From: Eledone cirrhosa
Taxonomy: Eukaryota
Assembly: GCA_964016885.1 (NCBI GenBank)
Contig: OZ024741.1
Location: 379,936,001-380,000,000 of the forward strand
Reading direction: 5' to 3'
DNA: 64,000 nucleotides
Shown here: positions 53,631 to 64,000 of the stretch, in pieces
Layout of the letters: each line of letters starts with the position of its first letter
Position numbering within the stretch: the first letter of the stretch is position 1
Position numbers and translations under genes: made by a program
Notes under the pieces: generated by a model
Told to the model about the DNA's origin: nothing
Seen by the model: the letters and a program-made list of their open reading frames with translations, nothing else
The model's database searches: none

Positions 53631-56552
53631 GTCTTTATTTCATTTACTCTTTTATAATTTTCATTATATTTTTTTGTACTTTCGATGTGTAGCTCGGGTA
53701 TCAGCGTTGTTTAATTATTTGTTATTGTATTAAATTGAAACCGTTCAATATAGGTGTGTTGTGCATATTGGTGCATATTGGTGCTACTTAATTTATGTTC
53801 CTGTATTTATGTGCATTTTTATATTGAGTATGTGTATCATTCTGTGTAACCGTTTACGATTTGATTTCCAAGTCATGTATTATTTTGGCGGTGGTGTTTG
53901 TTTCCAAACAACAAATGATGGCCGTCTCTTGCCTCAATTCTTTCTATTTTGATAGTTTCCTTATATTTTAAGTAATAATAGATTTCAAAAATTCATACTT
54001 CGATTTATCTTCGAATGTTGTACACTATTATCTACACAATAATCCCTAATTTCCCTCGGTTTTTGTTTTGCACCTATATTTTTCCATTGCGTGATGGTAG
54101 TGGATATATATTAGCGATGCTATTATTTTATTCGAAAATTACGAAAAATATATAATTAATAACAAATATATTATTCATTATTCTGACATTTACGTGGTGA
54201 TGATAAAGTGTATTTAATGTTTATATTTATGTGGTGTAAATGATGGTAGTTTAGTGTCCTAAAGAAAGGTGAGTGACTTTTATGTTTCAAAATGTATAAT
54301 TTATCATTATATGTAACGTACAATTACGAAAATGAAAGTTATATGATTTAGCGCAAACGGAACTAGAAATTGTATAGGTGTAAAAAAAACAAAAAATAAG
54401 AAACTCATAAAAGAAAAGAAAATATAAAAATATATATATAATATGGAGGATGATTCAGATTTTGCCTAAAGGGTAGAGTTTTTAATCTTGAAAATTACGA
54501 TGAAATTACGATGAAAGACCAGCATGAGGGTGTACTATAAAATGCCTGAATTACCTATAAAAACGAGATGAAAAAGACGATCCCCTTTAAATATAACTGT
54601 ACTGACAGTGGAGGAATTAATTTCTACGGTTCTTATGTTTTCACTTCATCTAAAATTCCCTGTTCTTTCAAAACCTTGTGAAGTCCTTCTTTACCTATTT
54701 TTCCAATGTTTTCCTCCTAAAAACTTCATTTCTGTGGAATTACCACAACCCTTCTCAGCATTTCTTTTTTCTCGATTTACATATAAATATGTTTATCATA
54801 TACTTCGGCTGCTTCGTGCACAATGTAATGTGTATTTTAATAAGCTCCCAGCATGTGTATTAATAATATACAAATTAGCACGCCAGTTTCAGGTTACTAC
54901 CGTGAGTGACAGGGATATAATCTCCTCTATTACGTATATCATATCGTTGTGTATATGATAAACATTACTTCTGATAACGAACTAAGTTTGAAAATCGATT
55001 AGGGTTATTTATCGTTTTTTTGTTTTCATTTTTCAGGTAAATACGTATATTTTGCATCCTTATATGTAGAAAAACGTGTGATATTTCCTTTGTTATTATT
55101 CACGACGCACAGAAATATATATATATACTATTGCACTTTGCACACAGGCTCATTGAACATTATCTACTATATGTTGGTGCGTATAAATGTAAAATTCATT
55201 AAATATTTCTTTCAACTTAATCTCTCGTTAAAGGGTAAAATCCATGACAGCTTGAATTTCTTATTAACGCGTAGGTTTTGTTTTTCTGCAATTACATTCG
55301 TTGACTTAAATCCTTAGATAATACACCATTCTCAGTTGTGTGTTCGTTTATATTATGCCTTAAGGAATATTAACTGTCGCAGATTTCATTATGTTTTCTT
55401 ATAAACTTGTACCTTTCTCCCTATAGACGAGATCATTGAAAAGCATCACAGCACGAACAGTAAGCATCAGATAATTTGGGTTCGTGGTAGAATTTTGATT
55501 TCCCTGTTGTAGCATTTACATTTCACTCATTTTTGTGTCGTTACATTCACGTTAGAAATCAATACCAACACGAAACTCTATTTAATTCAAAATGTTATGC
55601 AACCTTGTATTTGATAATTTATTGTCTATCTCATCGAGTGAGAAACGACTATATTTGTGAGATATAATCAGCAATGGACGTTAAAACAATAATAGCTTCA
55701 TTGAAATTTGTGTCGAATTTGGCAGACCTCACGCTTATTACACTTTTAATCGAAATAGTGTGAAAAGTGCGAACTGTTACTTTCCAGTCGACAGCTTCAG
55801 GAATTGGGTTAGGTTGTTGTACATCTTCATGTATTTATTCATTTTTTTTTCTGTCGGCTCTGAAGCAGAACTGATTAACGTGAGAGTCTCTGAGAATGGA
55901 ACGTATGTTTTCTACAGTATTTCGTTTAAATATTTTGCTCTCCACTTCGCAACCGTTATATTAATATTCCATAATAACAATCGATTACACTAATTTACAA
56001 CCTTTCAAGTTGACAATGCATAATAGGAGATACAAGAACGCATTCACAACCCGAGTTCAAACTGAGTTTCAAACATCAGTATACATTTAACGATAGTTGA
56101 TTTAACGATAACGAAATAATATCGAAAAATATCAAGTTGATTGTGCGATGACGCCTGAAATTACATTCAGTTGGTATTGATGGATTACAGCGAATTAGGA
56201 TTGGTGGCAGCCATTAGAATAGAATGTTCATTTCATTTGTCTTGTATTTTCATCATTGCTCAATGCGTATCTGAACTCAACACTGCAATCTAAAAGAACA
56301 CGTCTAATGAAAATATATAATATTCCACTGTGTTCCAACCAGTCAATTTGACGGTGCTCTCTGTAACTCCTTACATAAGTTTATACATGATTAATGTGGA
56401 TTAAATATCTACCATTTACATAATAATACGGTTGGTAGCAGGATAACATTTGCAGATTTTCAGTTTAGTGGCCTGCAGCTTATCGAGAGGATCTGCTAGC
56501 CATTTTACTTTGGAGTGTTAGAAATTTGAAATGTTTTATTAGGAAAAGCGAC

Positions 56553-56750
56553 ATGGGGCAGTGAATTGATAGAATCATTAGAGCGTCGAATATATGTATA
56601 ACAATATTTATACTGGCTCATTATATTCTGAGTCAAATCCCGCCGAGGCAGAACCTGATTTCCATCCTTTCGGAATCGATAAAAGTAAATACCAGCCTAG
56701 TATTAGAGTTGATATAATCTTCTAACATTGTACCTACAATTCTAAAACAA
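56553..56750 (+). mobile_element. SINE
   Basis: ggcagtgaattgatagaatcattagagcgtcg...ttctgagtcaaatcccgccgagg...tttccatcctttcggaatcgataaa. Confidence 0.7.
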
Positions 56751-57840
56751 TTATGAAATGCTATTATATTGTATACGTGTGCTCTCTGCCATTATAGAAG
56801 ATTAGTATCACCTCATATATGAACAGGAAAACAAGAGCGATGTAAATAATAGAGTTTCATGTGTCTGTACGAAGATTGCTCGTTAAGCTAATTTTCATTT
56901 TGATATAACGCAGATCATCACATTGCGAATTCCCATGTTTATTCTCCAATGATTGTCAGTACTGTGGCAATAAGTTATATCACAGATTCTAAAGAATTAT
57001 AATTGTTTGGAGATTAAAATTATGCAGTGTTGATACAAATTAAAATGATGCCAAACAAATCAAAATTGTTTTCCCTTTAAGACTAAGATATCTGAAATTG
57101 AATTGTCTTTAAATGCATTTAAGTTTGTATCATTGTTCATCTCAAATGAATCCAGTCATTCTGTAGAATCATTTATTCGTTTTGAACATACATTTAGTTC
57201 AGTAAATTTATCTTGGAATTATAACTGACAGATAATCTCTGCAGCGTGCCGGAAGAAGATGGAATTTAATTGCTAGCATAATAGTGAATTAAATCAAATT
57301 TTGTAGCTTTTATATATATATAACATTATTTAAACGAATCAATTTCATAGCAATATAGCTGTAACTGACCAAGTCATCGGGGATAAGGAATACAGAAGAA
57401 AGATATCGTGTTATATGTGAATATTTATACATTCACGTCAGTGTTTGTATGCATTTGTATTTACATGTGTAGTATCTCACTACCTATTTATAAGTACATA
57501 CAAAACGAGAGAGAGAGAAAGTATGAGATATATACACATATATTCTCAGCGTTTAACACGCGTCTTCACTGCTAACAAGAGTTAGAAATCACTATACATG
57601 CGACAATCACTATACAATCGGAGCGTCTGATATCCCAGTTGCCTTGACATAAGATCCCGCACTCTACCGAGTGCAGTTTATCTTGGCAACTATACAAAGG
57701 TAGCATATCATAGAAAAAACTGAAAAGGTTTCCCGTCCTTTGTTCGACAGGTTTTCTACCTCTGAAAGTCCTTCCTATAACCAAACACTTTACAGAGTGT
57801 ACTGGATGTATTTATTAGGCGCCGGCAAAAAGTGGTTATC

Positions 57841-57929
<89 letters not shown>

Positions 57930-57932
<3 letters not shown>

Positions 57933-58132
57933 CGCAGGAAATGTGGTAAGGAGCCGGATGGACCATAACGCACCAAAGTACTCAATACTTAGAGTAGTAG
58001 AGTGGGTAACAGGAACGAGTAGGTCCCCGACGGCTGAGCTCAAGCCGTTTCGACGGCTAATTCTGGACTAATTTAGTCCAGAATTAGCCGACGAAATGGC
58101 TTGAGCACAGCCGTCGGGGTCCTACTCGTTCC

Positions 58133-58134
<2 letters not shown>
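57930..58134. mobile_element. Short hairpin fragment of the 60479-61410 family between (TA)n tracts
   Basis: ggaacgagtaggtccccgacggctgagctcaagccgtttcgacggctaattctggac and its inverted copy. Confidence 0.75.
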
Positions 58135-58157
<23 letters not shown>

Positions 58158-58164
<7 letters not shown>

Positions 58165-58966
58165 TTTCCATTAATATCCATAGGATATCTAATGTTTTGC
58201 AAAGTGAAACTGTACAGTAAGGGCCATATGAATAGGTAAATATTTATATTATATTTTTTAATTTTGATTAATTTTAATTTTAAATTAATTTTGATTTATT
58301 TTGAAAAATTGGTTGAATTTTATTTGTTCTGCTTATCTTGATATTAAGTTCTGGTATATCAAATTATTACCACCGAACCACCTTGAATCATAGACAACCT
58401 ATGTATTTCTGGGGGTACCTAGTACCTTTAGACATATTAATTTTATTCATTAATCTCCGTTATGTAGGGAACAAATCTGTTGATCTATCTAGCTGCTATT
58501 TTTTTAGTGGCGACCATAGACAACAAGTCTGTGATTTCCCGCCTTCACTTCACACCGGCGTACATACGGGTCACTTTTACGACCTTTCAGGCCTGTGTTA
58601 GCTGGCGAAGAGGTCATATATTTTATCGTTCCTGGAGTTTTTTAACTCTAGGAAAGGAAAATGTTTCTCTGATGATCTTTGTTTTTCCATTAATATCCAT
58701 AGAATATCTAATGTTTTGCAAAGTGAAACTGTACAGTAAGGGCCATCTGAATAGGTAAATATTTATATTATATTTTTTAATTTTGATTAATTTTAATTTT
58801 AAATAATTTTGTTTTATTTTGAAAAATTGGTTGAATTTTACTTGTTCTGCTTATCTTGATATTATGTTCTGGTATATCAAATTATTACCATCGAACCACC
58901 TTGAATCATAGACAACCTATGTATTTCTGGGGGTACCTAGTACCTTTAGACATATTAACTTTATTC

Positions 58967-58968
<2 letters not shown>
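58158..58968 (+). mobile_element. Retrozyme-like partial tandem, ~519-bp unit, in (TA)n
   Basis: gtttttccattaatatccatag at 58162 and 58681; HHR spans the unit junction. Confidence 0.8.
58665..58742 (+). ncRNA. Type-I hammerhead ribozyme
   Basis: ttct-CTGATGA-t-ctttg...caaag-t-GAAA-ctgtacag-TA-aggg. Confidence 0.75.
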
Positions 58969-59019
<51 letters not shown>

Positions 59020-59021
<2 letters not shown>

Positions 59022-59387
59022 AGTTAAACAAGATTCAATGAGTACATCAAAGAATGAGTTTTACAGTAGATGGGAAGCACTCTACTGAAAAGTATTTTCC
59101 GGAGTTATTAATATTAAAATACAAATATTAATAAAATACCTGTTCTTTTGATCAATTACATTTTATTATACATATTTCAGAGCTACACAATATAATGATA
59201 CATGACATACCCCGAGATGTTAAATGGTTAAGATTTAATTACCTTGATTAAATCTTAACCATGTAACATCTCAGAGTATGTCATGTAAAATTATATTTTG
59301 TCAGATGAGGACGTACTGATGTACCTCTGAAATATGTATAATAAAGTATAATTGATCAAAATAACATCTATTTTATTAATATTTGTA

Positions 59388-59397
<10 letters not shown>
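59020..59397. mobile_element. Palindromic element (arms ~59111-59397) with decayed HHR at 59297-59345
   Basis: tttgt-CAGATGA-ggacgtactgatgtacctct-GAAA-tatgta-TA-ataaa; arms mirror around ~59242. Confidence 0.55.
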
Positions 59398-59440
<43 letters not shown>

Positions 59441-59445
<5 letters not shown>

Positions 59446-60455
59446 CCCTGATCAGCAAAACCTACCCTTTTAAGAAAATCCACTGTACTAATAGGAAATG
59501 TATCATATGTAAGGTAAACCCCGGGATAAACTGTAAAACTAGAAACGTAGTCTATAGCATAAGATGTTCAGAGGGTACTTGCAGAAACATGACAACAACA
59601 TACATAAGCGAGACAGCTCGTACCATAGGTGAAAGGATAGACCAACACTGGGGGGAACTAAAAGGACGAAAAAACGGGTCAGTACTATACGAACATGCGA
59701 AACAACAACACGACGGTAACATAGACAACATAGAAATTAGAATAATATCTAAACATAGAAATGCCCCAGCAGATAGGCAAATCTGAGAGGCCAGTGAAAT
59801 AGAACTTAGAAGGCCAAGACTAATAGAAAGAATGAATGGAATAATAACAACAACCAAACAAACAACACTGACCTAAGAGAAGTATAAATAAATAAATAAA
59901 TAGATAAATAAATAAATAAATACATACACAAGCACAATAACAACAAAGACATATAAACACACACTAGTAAAGATAGAATACATTAACCAATACACAGTCA
60001 CCCAATCACGAACACACATCAAACAAAACACTATACACACACACAAACGCATGCGCAAAGAAGACAAAATAAAATAAACGAACAAACAAATAAATAAATA
60101 AATATATAAATAGACTAAATAAAGATGGCGTAGACATACAATGTAACGGAAGGAAACAATAGCACCACTGACGATGTTGCAGATGTGCAACGAAAGAATT
60201 TGATAAACTATATATATGTGTTTGTGTGTATATTGTATCTGTATTATCTTTGATCGTTGGTCAGTCAATGGCAACATTGAGGACCGAATAAATTAGATTA
60301 CCGATATAAAAGACACAGAAGGGAAAAGCGAAAACCAATCAAACAGTGAGTGTGTTCTGTTATTAATTCTGGCAATATTACACAAATATGACCCTCCCCA
60401 AGTATAACAATATTTGTTTCGACACACGATTTCATATAAAAAAACTGGCAAAACT
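59441..60455 (+). mobile_element. PLE 3' fragment: GIY-YIG domain, 3' UTR and HHR-like motif (60163-60205)
   Basis: CIIC...NCKTRNVVYSIRC...TYISETARTIGERIDQH...SVLYEHAKQQH; CTGACGA-t-gttgca-gatg-tgcaac-GAAA. Confidence 0.8.
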
Positions 60456-60492
60456 ATATATATATATATATTTATATATAGGAACAAGTAAG

Positions 60493-60586
60493 ACCCCGAC
60501 GGCTGAGCTCAAGCCGTTTCGACGGCTAATTCTGGACTGAATGAAAATTTATTCTGGTATTTAAATAGCCGAGCTTATCAAGGGGT
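60493..60586 (-). ncRNA. Type-I hammerhead ribozyme, U3-A8 core variant (antisense copy)
   Basis: Reverse complement of 61222-61315. Confidence 0.75.
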
Positions 60587-61221
60587 AATTCCATATATGG
60601 TCAAAGAGGTAATCACCAGGATTGGTCACATCACAAGTTAGTAGTAAATCTGTGATGGCAAATTGGTGGGGTGAAGGGGTAGCTAAACCTGCCGGTAGGA
60701 GAAAAGGGTAGAGGGGTGGAGTAGTCCCGTTCATGCGTTGGTAGTGCCGGCTACAGCTGGGCGTGAGATCAAAGAGGATACTGGGGAGGGGGGCGGGGAG
60801 GATGTCGAAACGGTAAGTAGAACAATGAGGGTAAAACTATAAAAAGAACTGAGAATGAAAAAAAAAAAAAAAAAGAAGCAAAGTCTGGTTACTAAGATTT
60901 AAGTCTCTCGCTATTGCTAGGCTAGAGAAATACATAAATAAATAAATAAACAAAACAGTACTTTTTATAGTTTTACCCGTCATTGTTCTACTTACCGTTT
61001 CGACTTCCTCCCCGTCCCCCTCCCCAGTATCCTCTTTGACCTCACGCCCAGCTGTAGCCGGCAATTACCAACGCATGAACGGGTCTACTCCACACCTCTC
61101 CCTTTTTCTCCTACCGGCAGGTTTAGCTACCCCTTCCCCAACCAATTTGCCATCACAGATTTACTACTAACTTGTGATGTGACCAATCCTAGAGATTATC
61201 TCTTTGACCATATATGGAATT

Positions 61222-61315
61222 ACCCCTTGATAAGCTCGGCTATTTAAATACCAGAATAAATTTTCATTCAGTCCAGAATTAGCCGTCGAAACGGCTTGAG
61301 CTCAGCCGTCGGGGT
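61222..61315 (+). ncRNA. Type-I hammerhead ribozyme, U3-A8 core variant
   Basis: acccc-TTGATAA-gct-cggcta...tagccg-tc-GAAA-cggct-tgagctc-agccg-TC-ggggt. Confidence 0.75.
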
Positions 61316-61406
61316 CTTACTTGTTCCTATTACCCACTCTACTACCCTAAGTATTGAGTACTTTGGTGCGTTATGGTCCACCTGGTTCCTTACCACTTTT
61401 CCTTCG

Positions 61407-61519
<113 letters not shown>

Positions 61520-63268
61520 TGTGTGTGTGTGTATGTGTGCGTGTGTGTATGTGAGTGATGGTGTGTGTATGTGTGCGTCGGCGTGTGTGTGTGTAGGTGT
61601 GTGTCGGTGTGTGTGTAGGTGTGTGTGTGTGTGTTTATATATATATATATATGTATGTATATAGGTATATGTATATATGTATGTGTGAGTCTGTGTGTGT
61701 ATGTGCATGCGAGCATATATATAGTCATATAGAAGTACAATTAGATAGATAGATCTCAATCAAATCTAATTCATTTTATCGTTGTTTGTGTCTTCTAGTA
61801 TACTAGCAATGTCTATAATTATAGTTTTTAAGTAATACAATGGACATACTATTCACGATATATATATTTAATACATCACTGATTAACATATTATTTTGTT
61901 TCACATTTATTTCATCGTTGTCACGTTCTAATCTAACGTTTGTATATATAGTATGCTCTGGAGCAGAAAATAACTTATATAACAGTGTATTTATATTTAG
62001 AGATGGAGAAAGACGTTGCAGCGGCCGCTACGTGTAAGGGTATTTACCACATTTTATAGTAGATTTTGCGCCTGAGCATTCTACATCTTCTATTATCACC
62101 TAACGCGTTATTCCATACCACACACCTGTTTTCAAAACAGCATTGCCCGAAGAGGAACGTTTCTATGTGGCCATGCTACGTAGCAGCCATAACCTGCTCA
62201 AATCCTACGTCACCAGTTTAAAAAAATGGAAAAACAATAAATGATGTAGTTATTTGTCTACATATGAATATAATGACATAGTTGCCGCATGTGAAATTAT
62301 GGTTATCGCGGTTCTGCTCCTCATAGATCACTGTTCTAAAAAAAAAAAAAAGTTCATACATTAATATTTCATCAATCTCTATAACAAATGCAAACCCTAC
62401 AATAACGTTTGAGATAGACACCCTAAAAAAACCTCCATCAACTTAAGCGTTGTACAACAGTGAGTATATTGAGTACATATAAAATCAACTGAAACATAAA
62501 GAGTAACATTGAAACACCTCATGTCAGATACTTTTTGAAGACTTCACCAGATATTTACAAATAACTAAAGGAGAATGTCTCAGTAAGTATAGGAATTTTG
62601 CGGAAACGTGCGGACAATTTAGAAGGAGCTTTCAAGAAGCCTATTTTTGACGACAGCCATGTATCACCCGATCTTCGTGATATATGCATCCCCGATCTGA
62701 GAGAATTCAAGTCTTTCTGAGAAAAGAAAATATTGGGTAACCACTCAGCTTTGTCTTCTAGAGGAGCAGGAGATTCCTCCCTGCGTATACAAGTATAATC
62801 GAATACCTGTGAAGACTAACATATAAACTGAAAGTGTCAGTGATATAGCTGCAAATATAATATGATCAACGTCACTAATATTCACATAAAGTGTAACTAA
62901 ATATTATATGAATGCTGATGTCTAATAAAACCGACTGTCTTTGTCACCGTATTATTATAACTCTCTACTATATTCAATAATTAATCGATTTTAATTAAAT
63001 TTAATTTCGGTGTTGCTTCCTTGCCTCAGTTTTAACAAAATTATTGATTTAGATAATTATTGTTCTCATTAGAAAGTGTGTAATTTTAATAATCTTAAAA
63101 TCAGGCATCACATACACATGACCAATACACATTCAAATAATATTCTTATATAACAAAATATATTAAACATATATATGTGTTATAAGCGTACATCAGTGTA
63201 TAAGTGAATCTATATAAGTATGTGTGTATGCACACAAACACACACGCACACACATATACACACATACT

Positions 63269-63352
<84 letters not shown>

Positions 63353-63476
63353 TATATAAATCAGGAAAGAAGAGTGACACGGTTTGTTCCTCCATTTTTT
63401 GTAACAAAGGGATTGTTTTTTTTATGTTTTAGTGTGTTTCTGGATATGTTTCCTTTTTTCCTTTTCACATAATGAA

Positions 63477-64000
63477 AATATAATAATAATAATAATAATA
63501 AAATTATTCTGTACAATGCTCAGGTGCACTACAACTCATCAAAGCTGCATGTATAGTACATAGAATAATATACAAATGTCAGGGAAGGGAATAGTGTATG
63601 AGTCATGATATACATGTGTGCGTGTGAATGGAGGGGGAATGTTATGTGTAGTGTTGGCGAATCTCAGGAAGCATGGAGGTTTTAAAGGATGCACTGTCTC
63701 AACAGCTAATAACTGATGCAGGTAGTTTTATCCATGCTTCAGCAATTCTGAGCGTGAAAAACATGTTTCCGAAAGTCATGGCAGCTGTGCTGTTTTCTGA
63801 CTTTGTTGGCATGCCCACCTGTGTTAGACACATGGAAATCAAAAAGGTACTCAGGGCCGTTGTTGGCAAGATGGTTTATAATGTTGTGGGTGTTTACAAA
63901 GTCGGTTGCCAGACGTCGAAGCTTCAATGTATCCATGCCCAGAGAAGCAAGGCGTTCAGAGTATTGTAGATGCCTGATGGAAGGTATTCGCTTGGTTGCA
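63477..64000 (-). mobile_element. CR1/L2-type LINE 3' end with (AAT)n tail
   Basis: TLKLRRLATDF..THNII...NTGGHANKVRK...FRKH.F resembles the L..RR...D...YKI...TRGH..KL...R..FF C-terminus. Confidence 0.7.

Overview
AT-rich, microsatellite-dense eukaryotic DNA, most likely from an octopus (inferred from recurrent copies of a ~200-bp SINE that resembles octopus SINEs). No host gene can be called with confidence; most listed ORFs are (TA)n/(CA)n artefacts. The window is mostly mobile elements: one intact Penelope-like element (PLE; 770-aa RT + C-terminal GIY-YIG, Hydra-type motifs) in a partial tandem with pseudo-LTRs, a decayed Neptune-type PLE, Tx1/L1, R4/Dong and CR1-type LINE remnants, a Chapaev3-type DNA transposon, a Helitron, a Gypsy remnant, a mariner-type MITE and SINEs. 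The main hidden signal is about ten sequence-unrelated, mostly non-coding families, typically embedded in (TA)n, arranged as tandem and/or inverted copies. Each carries a type-I hammerhead ribozyme (HHR) motif, usually with its own palindromic stem III (retrozyme-like PLE parasites). Three families carry a compensatory U3-A8 core (UUGANAA) instead of CUGANGA. All calls were made by eye; folding, alignments and activity are untested.
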